64,000 nt of DNA from Sporopachydermia quercuum (Eukaryota): the NCBI GenBank assembly GCA_001599295.1, contig BCGN01000008.1, positions 248,001 through 312,000 on the forward strand. Reading direction: 5' to 3'. The notes below the pieces were generated by a model. The model did no database searches. It saw nothing but the letters and a program-made list of their open reading frames with translations, and was not told the DNA's origin. Made by a program: the position numbers and the translations under genes. Shown here in pieces: positions 25,404-37,599 of this stretch; within the stretch, counting starts at the first letter, position 1, and each line of letters begins with the position of its first letter.

Positions 25404-26225
25404 TTACAGCAACTTTCTTCTACTTCCACCAACTAATGGCAACACATTGTCACGATATTCACCAGCCCAATTTCCGGGCGGATTGTATGAGCATACAACA
25501 TAATCATTCCAATAGGTACCACAGTATTTAATGCCGCAACCAAGAGTAGTGGTACCTTTCCAAACAACTTGGGTAAAATGGCCAGTCTTCTCAGAAAAAC
25601 CAGGATTGTTGTAGTCGTATACAGAAATTTCAGCGTACCAAGCATCAACTGCACTAACTGGGGAATAACCTAGAGCTAAGTTTTCACCATATTCACCATT
25701 AGAATGAGTTAATATACCAGAACAATCGTATTGATCAGCAAAAGCTTGAGCGTATTCAGCAACAGTAGCGTCCCATTTCAGGGCAGAAACACCGTGTAAA
25801 GCTCTAAATTTATTGTGTTCATCTAGAACTGATTGCTCAAAATCATTTAATTCCACTGGATTTGATACTGATGTTGTGGTCACTGGCGCTTGGGTTGATG
25901 TTGTGGTTACTGGTGCTTGGGTTGATGTGGTGATGACTGGTGCTGATGTCGTCGTTGGCGCGACATTTGTTGTTGTGGGTTTCGTAACTGAAGTGGTTGT
26001 TGGTTTGACATTCGATGTAGTTGTTGCACTAGGTCTTGGAATAAAAACTGTACTTCTAACTGTTGTCCATCTTGTGATAGTTTCGGTTACCCACACTGTG
26101 TGTGTTTCCCAAACAACATGTGTATTAATATTGGTAACAGTAGCAGTAACAACTGCAGCTTCGGCTTCAGCGACAATAGTTGCCAATGTCGCGACACCTG
26201 CTAGCAATGTACTTGAAAACTTCAT
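25404..26225 (-). CDS. PRY1: Secreted CAP/SCP (PR-1-like) sterol-binding protein, Pry family
   Basis: Signal peptide, Thr-rich linker and CAP domain (HNKFRALH, GENLA, GHFTQVVWK, VVCSYNPPGN). Confidence 0.9.
   Translation of the reverse strand: MKFSSTLLAGVATLATIVAEAEAAVVTATVTNINTHVVWETHTVWVTETITRWTTVRSTVFIPRPSATTTSNVKPTTTSVTKPTTTNVAPTTTSAPVITTSTQAPVTTTSTQAPVTTTSVSNPVELNDFEQSVLDEHNKFRALHGVSALKWDATVAEYAQAFADQYDCSGILTHSNGEYGENLALGYSPVSAVDAWYAEISVYDYNNPGFSEKTGHFTQVVWKGTTTLGCGIKYCGTYWNDYVVCSYNPPGNWAGEYRDNVLPLVGGSRRKLL
25870..25944. repeat. 27-bp coding tandem repeat (about 2.8 copies; APVTTTSTQ) in the PRY linker
   Basis: GATGTTGTGGTYACTGGYGCTTGGGTT units at 25870, 25897 and, partially, 25924. 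Confidence 0.85.
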
Positions 26226-29200
26226 TTTTCTTTGTGAAGTATTTGTGATTGGCAGACTAAGATGTTTGTTCTGTTATCTTAGTTTAAAGTGTGTAATAAT
26301 TGTTGCTCGCTTTTGATCAGTTAGTGATCTTATTGTTATATTCAATGAATTGCTTGATTGAGTAATAATGCAGAATGGAAAACAAAATCAAATATAAAAC
26401 TAATCTGAATCCAATCTGTGGAAATTGGGGAACGTCTCATATATTTATATTATTTGGGTAATGATTTTACAATTAAATTCCTTTCCTTCGTCAAATATTA
26501 TAAATGTTTACAGTTTTCTAAATAATTCTCATCTCCTTAATAGGTATGTGATGATGATAGACCACAGCCTACCGTAAACAGACTAATACATATACATCAG
26601 TATAAACTCGCATGCCAGCCTCAAGTCTCTTACGGGAACCCATTTGTGAGATACTAGAAGTTTATTTCTTGTAGTTAAACTTAACTGGTGGTGTGGTTTG
26701 AGGTTCACCTGAGCATTTTGACAGAATGGGATCTAATTGGGAGCACAACCTTAATATCTCTCTCACGGCTAAGGTTTGAGTCTGAATTTATCCTGTTACA
26801 GAATTTTTGAACATCATTTGAGAACAACCTAACTTTATTCGAATAAACTTTCAAAACCCTTATAGTTAAAGTTGTACATATTTAAAGTTACCTTTATGAG
26901 TACTTTTAAACTTAATGACAACTTTATTTTTAAGGTTTCTGCCCCAGCCTGCTAAAAGCTTGGTGCGTCGATTAAGGTTTATTATTATGTTTTAGTAAGG
27001 AATTTTTAGTTTCCAATTTAAAATGGCTTTCGCATTCTCTATGTCATACAGCGAAATAGGAACCCTGAGACAGCTGACGTGTGAACAGTCGAAGGCTCAG
27101 TTCTAAAGCTACTTTGGTTGAGGATATGCAAACTGCCAGAACCGGGTTTTGAATCAAGTGGTTACGGTGTCTCTACGGAGTCATCGTATATTAAACTTTC
27201 ATAATAGTAAGTTGAAAAGGCCTCATTGTGGCATTACGAGACATATCAAAGCTTTGATGACGATTAGTTATTAACATCTTTTCTCATTCCTAGGAGCTAC
27301 TGGAAGAGGCGCTTGGTGCATGGCATTTGTATTATTGGGCTTCTTACTTCAAGCTTAGTTATGATATATTGAAATCAACCATTCGACATGCTTGAAGGAC
27401 TATAGCGAATTATTGATTAAAACTGTTCAATTACTCTATCAAGTAATGTGGTTTAATAGATACTATGGTAAAATCTAATACAAGAATTAAATAAATAGTG
27501 GTATAACAAAGTGATCAAACGGATAGTTTGATGATGCAATGTGCCAACTGTTTTTCTGAATCGACTAATGTTGAGGCGCGGGATAACTTAATATTTGAAA
27601 AAACTTCAGAAGTAGATAATAAATTGTCACCATTGATAGAAAAAACCATTTCATTCTCTTGTTACAAAATTACTAGAGACTGTTGAAAGGTAACACCAAT
27701 AAAGAACAAAGAATTAATGATTCCCGGTGCCTTTCACTCTAAAGAAGGTTGACAAAAAAATATGCTACGTTCTTATTCTCCACCTTTCTAAAGTCTTCCA
27801 TGATCTGTTGATTGACCTTTATAATTATATAGATGACAACCTTCTTAAGATCTTTTCTATTTCTATATTGGGTGTCAATAATACTCCAACGTTATATTCC
27901 ATTGTGTTTTTACCTTCTGAACCGGACCGAAAAGATTATAATCCTTCTACATTAACTATTTAAATATATCCGGAAGAAAAAATTTCTTAAAAATAAAGTT
28001 GATGCACAAACCAATAGTTTACTCTTTTTTCATATAGATTTAAGGTTAATCTCAATTTTTATCAAACCATCTGATTTCAAACCTTAGCAAGGAGATTTAG
28101 TGAGACTAACGTAAGATTCAAGTATGGATGGTAGACCAACCAGGATCCTTCATTAAAGGCTGGATTTGCTTTCAGAAAATGTTCATTGCTCTTTTTACTG
28201 GCTGCTGTGAATACTTTGGATAGAGAAGAAGCCAGTAAAGCAACTGAAGTATGCTTAAATGTGAAATGAACCAATTTTGAAAAGTAATTTATATCTTACA
28301 ATGCTCGGAGATTTCTTATTACATATGTATGCGAATTTTTCTTTGTAAATGCGTATTAATATATGAAATTTGTTCTCTCTGGAATTACCTGAACAAGAAA
28401 ATAGTCATAGTTGCAATTATAACTCGGTTGATTAAATATGGTTATACCACGAAACCTCCGGGCTGTCTACCTTTTCACCAACAAGGATTTACTAGGTAGA
28501 AAGTAATCACTCAGTCGGGAATCAGATTTACTTGAGGATTCGTAATTTCGTAGACTTCGGCTTAACTCATGCGTAATTCCAGATTGAGTAATAATAGTCA
28601 TATTAAAACTTTAAGCAGGCTCGCATAATAAAATAGAATTATATAGCCCCAATGGAGCATATTAGAGTCATAATAACTAAGAACTGAAATATAAGCTCAC
28701 AGGTGCCTGATTTAGGCAGTAATCTCGTCCAAGTTAATGCATTAGCATAATTAAGCTTTATGATCCTTTGACAAAATAACAATTTCAAGAACCAGTTTTA
28801 TGCTATTGTCACATGCGAAAACAAATATATAAGCGAAAAAGATTGAAACTTATTCTTTTCTTTGAATATTATGTAAAAAAATACTTGGTCAAGTCCCCAT
28901 TTGAAATGCCAGGCCGAGAAATAATACTAATGACTTCTTTCGAAGTCGTATGTTGAAATCTCTTCGATAATACGGCGCCTTGGAATCAATTCATTCAAAG
29001 TCGAGTTATCGTAAAGGAACTTTGATAACCGTTGCAATTTTGATGATATTTGCTCTGAAAGAAGGATTCAGCAAAATGAGGTCTCATTAATGATAGTACG
29101 GCTAGTTTACCGTTTTATTTGTATATTCCGAAGTAGTGTGTTTGCATTCTGTTAGCTCTTCAGGGTTGACATGAAACTTTAAGCAAGAAGGATTTTCGGT

Positions 29201-32200
29201 TGAAACCTACTCTCAGCTTTTTTTTTTTACAATAAAGGTTATTTTTCCAATGGGCAAAATAACCGGCAAGAGTATGTATTTCGTAAACATGTTTACTTAC
29301 AGAAAATTTCTTTGGAAATATATCTCACAATGCCGTTCGGCTACTTCATATCATATGTTCAGTGGTTACTGAGCCTCTCATTTGTTTTCTTCTTTAAATA
29401 TTTTTCAAGTATATTGCTAATAATATTTTGAGGACCTTTGAAAAAATTTCCAAATTTTCAAGCACACATCGAGAGCAACTAAAGTGTTAAGAGTTCGGTA
29501 GATGACAGCATTAGGCACTTGATTGATCGATATTCCTCAAACTTTCAATTCTTTAACGTATTTGTCTTAATAATAAATTAATTTGCATAAACCTCTCAAT
29601 TATTAGTTATTCGAACTTTTGACAAAACTAAAATATATTTTATTTCGAGCTTGAATTTCTGACTGGGAAGTAGATGTCTCCTCAGAGGAATTGGTACCAC
29701 CAATCCAGAACTTAACTCAATCGACACCTTTTATTATTGTCAAACCCAGAAGAAGAACCTGGTATGATCGGATCAGATTTTTTGAACTTGCCATATCATT
29801 CGCATAAGCTATACAGGTCAGGAATGTTTAGAATGAAAGCAGATATAACTATTAATTTTCGCTGCAGAATGTTGTCTAACGTAGATTGGTTTTCGGTTGG
29901 AGCATGCTATAATCGTATCGACTCTGATAAAGAATTCATTAAAGAATTCCTATAAAATACCTGAAGTGTTCCCATACGCTTTTTTCTTGACATCTTTATT
30001 TGGAACCTTTCAAACAAGTCCTCATATCATCTTTATCCCTATGATGAGGATCGCTCAGTAAAAAGCCCAATTTTGAATGTCAACTACTTAGCTCAAACCT
30101 AAAATCTCGTAAACCCAAAATTAAGCGAAGAAGTTACAGGTCTTTAGCTTGAGTCGTTACAAATGAATTGACGCCCTCTGACATACCAAACGAGCGTGCC
30201 AAAACAAGTCAACGGCAGTTGGTATATCTAACTAATGAAAACTCAAAGGTTTGATTTTGATTCTATTTAATTCATCTCTTGATTACCACTTCTTTGAAAT
30301 TGGAACTGCTGAACACGAAAAGAACGATACATGTCACTACCCACTTGGAATCCGATGTCTGAGAATAACTATGCTTTGACATTTCACAACCTGCACACAG
30401 TTCTCACTGTACAAAGCTTTATTTGAAAATTGGACACATCTGTATTGTAAGTACCAATCATCGTCAAATGTTACTATAAATCAAAAAGCTTAACGATGAA
30501 AATTGTTCAACATTTCGTTTCCAAGATTATTGGTAAATAGCATGTCCCTCATCTATGCGCAAACACCACACAAAACCAAATTGCTTTCGGCCTTTCTTGT
30601 CATAATTGGCAGAAAAGGAATTAAGTTTTTGATAATAATACTATAGTGTGGTCTCATTATCCACTAATGTCCTTACTATTATTATTGTTATTATCCGAGG
30701 TATTTCTCTACCAAATTTATTTGAAAACCTGTTTCAAGCTCCTCGAAGTTTAAATAAACCTTAGATCCAAATTCGTATACTCACCAACTCAGTAGTTCCC
30801 AATGGGGACTTTCACATATAGTGACAGCTTCCAAAGATGGTCTTCAGAAACTGATTTGTCAGTTGGGTGGCCGTAACCTTATTTAGTCTTTCCTAATTTG
30901 AAATCTCACAGACCTCTGTGCCATCACCCAACTCGAATTCTAAATTAGGGATCTAACCTAGAATGCGACTAACTAATGGGTCATGTCATCGCTTCAAAAA
31001 AGGTCTTCGAAGAAGTTGATGGAATAATATAATAGATTTATTTATTCTATTGTGATACATCATTATGATTTATCGCGATAAATGTTTTCTTGATCGGGGA
31101 TTGTACTGTATGAGAGAGATCATAGACTGGAAACCGAAGGCTATCCCGTTATTTACATTCCAGATAGTAAAGAGTGAACCCTGCAAATTTGAATTAATGG
31201 TCTACGTAAATCTTACATCAAATTGTTTGAGCACCAGATCAGGTTGACTTGCGCTTTTCTCTTAATATTAAGCAAGCCTTAGATACCAAAAAGCTTGCTC
31301 TCAATTTCTCAAAAGCTTACTACTCGCTTCTCGACGGCCAATCTCTTAGAATATTACCTCTTTTCCCCGCACAAGTGTTTTACCCTTCACCTTTTGGTAA
31401 AGAGTGCCCAGGTTCCACTACGGAGTTGAGTAATCAATTCGTATAAAATGTCGATTCCGGAAGAAGAATTTAAGTTATAGTTTAGAAGTCTATCATCAGT
31501 GGTACTACCGAAAATATAAGCACATATGTAAGACATAAAATTTGACACATGAATTAATTATGTATAACTAAAGAGTACTTTCATACTCGTAAAGGCTGTA
31601 TTAGGTCAATGCTGAAATACATTTAGTTATAGTGCATTCGCTTAATTTATGGCAGTGCCAATAGACCCTCCTCATCATAGAAGAACAATTACTGGGAAGA
31701 CCATAAAAATATTTATTTAAAAGCTTAGATCTGCAAATTATTTTTATACTTTTCCCTTAGTACTGAAAGATTGCATAGTATAGTCACACCTAATTCGTTA
31801 TTCCCTATTTATGGATTCGACTACTTTTAAAGTAGGTGTTCATTAACCTTTGAAATTGCATACATATTCAGCTTAATATGAAATTGTTTTTCGGTTCAAC
31901 AATAAACCACAGCATCTAGATATACGATACTTATAAGCTCCATCAAAACTCTAATCCTACTTCTCCGGCTATTTAACAAATTTTTGTTGCCTTAAACATA
32001 TTTGAATCCAAAGTTCCCTAGTTCCTACCATAGATGAAGTTTGTAGTCGATTCCTACTTTTTATGGTAAAACTACTAGTTGAAGTTAAACTCTTATTTCT
32101 CGTTTAACAACACTCAAAAGGCATATTTCAGCTTTGATAATTAGGGAGGATGATCCAACATGAAACTAGATCTCTTCTGAGGAAGTATGAAACCTACAAA

Positions 32201-34006
32201 CTACCAAAGAGGTAGCAGTAAAAGCCAATCAAGATAAGAAGTAACAGAAAAGGAAACCGCATCTGACAGTAACATATCCGTAAATGTTTTAGGACTTAAG
32301 TTTGACTAATACATTGTCAATACACATACTTTATTTATTAATTCTAATTAAACTACCTTAGTGAATGAAACTGATCTTAGAAGAGAAGTATTTGGGTAAA
32401 TATTGTTACTAAATTGTAGGAGAGTGAGAACCCTGAAAGTACATTTACCTCGTATGGTAGGCTAGAGAAAAAGCATAATTCTGAGCCTGGTCAGATCTTT
32501 CCTGTAACTAATAGAAGCACGGTATATAATACGAGTAAATGTTTGATCAAATGAAAGTAAAAGATCTCTAAATGGTTCCAATTCTCGATATAGAGACCAG
32601 TTTAGAGGGAGAACAACTTTGTTCGATATCCATATTCTAGCTTGATGCCTGAATTTCTTACCTTATCAAACTCCCATAGATATCATATTCATAGTAATTA
32701 TCAAAACTAAATTAGTAGCACCCTGAATATTATCTAACAACCATTTACTCAGTTTCCTCGTCTAAATGAGATACATCCACATATAGCTACTCCACATCTT
32801 GGCGACAGATTGATGTCATATAATTAAGGTTATATTGAGATCTCGACTCAGGAGCTGTCAAAAAAAAAAGCTTAAACTAGTCTCAAAGCTTAAGGTTTTA
32901 CTCACCAAACACTTTCCCGATAAGACAATAGCATTTTTTAGCTAGCTCTTTAATTAACTTTATGTACTTTATGTATCCTTTCTTCACAGACTAGCGAGCC
33001 ATCATATGAATTCAATCAACCTGTTTCATCTCATGTAATGTCCCCTCACTTATCAGTAAGATCTTACTAACTTAATATGGATATGGCTAGATCTTGGACA
33101 ATCAAATCAGTTGTTCCAAGAGCTCAATTATCAGGAAAAGAGATACCTGGGTGGTCAATATTATGGACTAAGCGATGCTTCTTGAACCAAAAAAGTAATG
33201 AGATTACGTTATTAGCCTTACCTATCTTGAGAACAAATATGCATCGTGAAATAAGTCTGTAGCTATTTGATCTACGGAAACCAATCGCTGCCTTATGGGC
33301 CTTGATGACATGAGCTTATAGATTCTGTTTCCTACATGGCATAGCATAGTATTTGCTAAGACCGTAGAAAACCAGGAACCTTCAGATGGTAACTACTGAT
33401 TAATTTGTTTAACGTCAGTTAGTTAAAAAGAGAAATCAGCCTTATGCGAGCCATTCTGTAGGTGGTACTAGCTAGTGTCATAATGGAATGTCATTACTTG
33501 GATTAACATTGGTTGGCATAATGAACTCTGACGAAGAACTTGAACAAAGACATATTTCGCTATATACTTGGGTTGCATTATTGTAGATGATTGCCAAGTA
33601 TAATCCAATCACTTGGAGTAATGTTATAAGAATCTTTTTATTCGTAAACTTGGGAATTATCTAACAGAGTAAATAACTCACCACTTGATATGTCAATTGA
33701 TAGAACTTCCGTCACTCCTTCTGTTCTTTGGCATTTGTAGCCTGCATGCATACATACTCTTCTCAAAGCTATGTCATTTCGACAAAAGAAAACAACAAGC
33801 AAAACCTAACTCTTGCATACAAATCTGCTGCTCATTTTGAGATTTTAATAATGGTTTCTAATGTAAAGAAGATATTCAACTCCTTTCCAACATCATGCCC
33901 TAACACCGATGTAATCTTTCCCCTATCTCTCATCTGCCATACGAGAACGGAGATCTTCTGTAGCGCCCCGTGTCCATTAATCTTTTGCAATGGACAAATC
34001 TCAATC

Positions 34007-34094
34007 CTTATCGTCCACTAGATACTCAATTGTCCAGATAGCTGTTCACCTTATCGGTAGTTTGTTGTTTGTAACCAATTATTGATGCTTATCG
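34007..34094. promoter_or_regulatory. Cluster of three GATA-factor sites (CTTATCG) upstream of LAP3
   Basis: CTTATC at 34007, 34050 and 34088, 220-300 bp before the ATG. GATAAG is the Gln3/Gat1 element. Confidence 0.5.
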
Positions 34095-34308
34095 CATCAT
34101 CTGGCATCTTTGCTTCCTGCTTCTCAAATCTGTACCCTTAGTGTTGGGGTTGATGGTTATAATTGATACTTTATGATTAACCAGGTAGAAAACCACTGAC
34201 TACTGATCTTTTCGAAATATATGTATATATATCGTTAAAATTTTCCACCGATCGATTGATTGTGTAGCTTGCTAAGTTAGGAGTAATAATAGTACATAGT
34301 TTGTTAAC

Positions 34309-35802
34309 ATGGGCAACAATACCAGCGTTTCCGCTAAACAGCAAGAGATATGTTCCTCTTCCGTTGCTGTTGAGGAGCTTACCTCTACCTTAGAAAAGTA
34401 TTTGACCTTTTCTGAGAAGCAAAGATTAGAACATGGTAGAAAGACATTGAAAGAACTCTCCAACCCCATTTCGACAGATTCTGTATCCAAATGGTCGAAG
34501 GAACTACTCTCCAACCCTAAGAATAGACTAGCCATTTCTGCCATTTCCAATAATGAAATCACAAGCATAATTGGTCAAAGAAATGTCATTAACAATGATT
34601 CTGTCCATGTATTCAATAACATTGTTAAAAATGAAGGAGCCCCTATTACCAATCAGAAACAGTCAGGAAGATGTTGGCTGTTTGCGTCAACCAACTGCTT
34701 CAGGATTTCCATCCAAAACAATTATAACGTTGCCGAGTTTCAATTCAGTCAAGCTTACTTGTTTTTCAATGATAAATTGGAAAAATGTAATTTCTTCCTG
34801 AACAATGTGCTTGAAACTTCTGATTTGGACCTCGATTCAAGATTTGTTCAATCTATTCTTGCAGACCCTGCATCCGATGGAGGCCAATGGGATATGGTGG
34901 TTAACTTAGTAGAAAAGTATGGGCTGGTCCCACAAGTAATTTACCCAGACTCATTCAATGCTTCAAACTCGGGTCGAGTTGATTATATTATTGTCAATAA
35001 GCTTAGAGAATGGGCATTGTTATTGAGAAAGTTGAAGAATGAAGAAGGATATCCAAATGATGAATTGTTAGCTGTCAAGTCAGAGATGATTAAAGAGGTT
35101 TACAATATTCTGTCTATTGCGTTTGGTGTTCCACCCAAACCCGATGAAGAATTCACATGGGAGTTTATTGATAACAAGGGTAAAGCTATTTCTTTAACTT
35201 CAACTCCTATTGAATTTTATAAGAAGGTTGCAGATTTAGATGCTACGAAGTATTTCAGTTTGATCAATGATCCTAGACATAATTATGATCACCTTTACAC
35301 TGTTGACCGATTGGGAAACATTGTTGGTGGACGCCCTATTAAGTATGTTAATGTTGAGACTGGAGTTTTGAAACAAACTATCATTAAAATGATTCAAAAC
35401 AATGAACCAGTATTCTTTGGTTCTGACGTTGGTAAATTCGAAAACACCCAATCAGGTATCATGGATATTAATGCTTGGAATTATGAACTTGCCTTCAATA
35501 CCAGTCTTGGAATGAATAAGAAACAACGAATTGAAACTGGAGCTTCTGCAATGACCCATGCAATGGTCATTACTGCTGTCCATGTGGTTGATGGAAAACC
35601 AGTTAAATATAAAGTAATGAACTCTTGGGGTGAAGATGTCGGTGATCATGGTTATTTTATCATGACAGACGCTTGGTTTGACGAGTATGTCTTCGAAATT
35701 GTTACATCACCAAGCTATGTTGATAAGTCGATCATCGATATTTTGAATGGTGATGATATTACGGTTCTACCAATCTGGGATCCGATGGGATCTTTAGCCT
35801 AA
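34309..35802 (+). CDS. LAP3: Bleomycin hydrolase / cysteine aminopeptidase (peptidase C1B)
   Basis: NQKQSGRCWLFA (catalytic Cys), AMTHAM (His), NSWG (Asn) and C-terminus WDPMGSLA. Confidence 0.96.
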   Translation: MGNNTSVSAKQQEICSSSVAVEELTSTLEKYLTFSEKQRLEHGRKTLKELSNPISTDSVSKWSKELLSNPKNRLAISAISNNEITSIIGQRNVINNDSVHVFNNIVKNEGAPITNQKQSGRCWLFASTNCFRISIQNNYNVAEFQFSQAYLFFNDKLEKCNFFLNNVLETSDLDLDSRFVQSILADPASDGGQWDMVVNLVEKYGLVPQVIYPDSFNASNSGRVDYIIVNKLREWALLLRKLKNEEGYPNDELLAVKSEMIKEVYNILSIAFGVPPKPDEEFTWEFIDNKGKAISLTSTPIEFYKKVADLDATKYFSLINDPRHNYDHLYTVDRLGNIVGGRPIKYVNVETGVLKQTIIKMIQNNEPVFFGSDVGKFENTQSGIMDINAWNYELAFNTSLGMNKKQRIETGASAMTHAMVITAVHVVDGKPVKYKVMNSWGEDVGDHGYFIMTDAWFDEYVFEIVTSPSYVDKSIIDILNGDDITVLPIWDPMGSLA

Positions 35803-35984
35803 ATACATCTCTTGGAATCAACTATAAGACAAAATTCAACTCTTCTCTTTTGGGTCAAAAGGTCTGTCGATTTCTTACGGAACCATTTTTTTCTTCCTTT
35901 CCTCTTTATTTGTATAACCTTATAATTGAACTTGTAACATCTTTAAATATATACTCTACACTCGAGCTGACTGTGAATGAACAA

Positions 35985-36962
35985 CTAAGTACCGGTTGTA
36001 GGATCCTTCTTCTTTTTTGGTTTTTCTTCAGCTTGTTCAACTATAACATCTGTTAATCCTTTCTCTTCTAACAATTGATTGATCAACTCTTCAACCTCAT
36101 CACCAACATCTCCTTGAATCACAATTTCTTCTTTCTTTTCTACATTCTTTGTCACACTTGCACCAGTAGCAAATTTACCAGCGTATTGCTTAGCCAGCTT
36201 CTTCAATTCAACTCCAGTCACTTCCAGACCTGAAATTGAAATTATTTTCTTCCTTTTTGTACGTTCGACTCTCTTGATAACGATTTTTGCCTTTTTCTGT
36301 TTCTGAGACTCCCTAGCATCAACCCTCTCTGCTTTCGCTTGTTGTTTCTGCAAAGATTTTTCAATTTTTTCTTGTTTTGATGTTAAGGTCAAATTAGCAG
36401 TAGCATTAGCAATGGCTTCTGTTGATGGGAAAAAATGAGAGTTAGTAATTGTATGACTCTTTTTTCTGATTCTGTTTCTATAACAATAAGCAAATACGTT
36501 AGCTTTACTCTCATATTCAAAACACTTACCTTCAGAGTATAGTTTATCGAATAGTTTAGGGTAATTTTCTTGTAACCAAGCTTTACATCTTTTGAACGAT
36601 TTAGTACTGAATTCGCAATACTATTTTAATAGATCAGTTAGAAAACTTGAAAATCGGGTTTATTGTCAAACTTCTGGTTAACACCGAGTTCTTCTCCTCA
36701 TCTAAGCTTCCACGAACTCCAACATCCCTTAACACTTACTTCCGGAGGAAATGTGCAAACGCCACAATATAAAATTTCCTTTGCAGGAATCTAGTCAAAA
36801 ATGTTAATCAAATTGTCAAATATTTTATGTACTGAGAATCATAATTCGTCAAGATAGCAATAGAGGATTAGACTATACCTAACAAGGCTTCATCGTTATC
36901 TGAACACAAATATTCATCAAGCCAGTTAGTGAACTTACTGTAAGGGTTTCTATGTCAGCCAT
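35985..36962 (-). CDS. TMA22: Translation machinery-associated protein 22 (DENR); exons 36962-36939, 36790-36740, 36620-36530, 36418-35985 (199 aa)
   Basis: Spliced product MADIETLT-IPAKEILYCGVCTFPPE-YCEF..RCKAWL.. plus SUI1 domain (KFATGASVTK, EIVIQGDV). Three GTAAGT..AG introns keep the frame. Confidence 0.92.
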
Positions 36963-37599
36963 TATGAATAAGAGTTTGAGTATCCTTTATAACTCTCTTT
37001 AAAACTAGAGATTCAAATAAGGAGATTGTTTATATCTTAAACATACACTCTAAACGTGAACTAAAATGACTGCCTTCTATAGCAGCTACTATGATGCTCT
37101 TTGGTTTCAACTTCACAATATGTTGACATTGAACAGCAAAATATATTCTATCATGTAAATAAACTTTTAACGATTACGTGATCTTAAAAGGATAATAGGA
37201 TCTACGTTGACTATGTGAGATTCTAGAAGACATTCTATTAGTGATGCAAAAGGCCAAAATATAGGTCTCTAGAAAATAGACTATAAACAAAAAGAAATAG
37301 CAAAATGGAAGCACGTGTGGAAGGGCTATTTCGTTCTGTCCCATCAAACGAGAGACTCAAAGGGATTGTTATGATATAATGTGTAATGAAGAGAACATCG
37401 GAAAAGATCGTTCAAGGATCATTTCCGAAATAACTGCTGATATTATTCCCGAAACACTTTTGCATATTTCAAAAAGTTTTACTATTGGATAGGAGGTATA
37501 CAACTGGTATTGGATTGATTTGATCTAATGAATTGTAAGCAATAAATCACATAACAAGAGAATATATATAAGGGTGAACTATATTTCATACTCAACAAA

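Noticed and set aside
25404..25430. PTS1-like end on PRY (SRRKLL)
   Set aside because: The terminal tripeptide is KLL, not a canonical PTS1, and the protein has a signal peptide.
25813..26316. 167-aa Val-rich plus-strand ORF
   Set aside because: Antisense shadow of the Thr-rich PRY linker.
27130..27185. tRNA T-arm-like sequence on the minus strand
   Set aside because: No cloverleaf or A box could be built.
27727..34021. Scattered 60-97 aa ORFs in the large gap
   Set aside because: Mostly non-ATG starts with no domain or transposon similarity that I can recognise.
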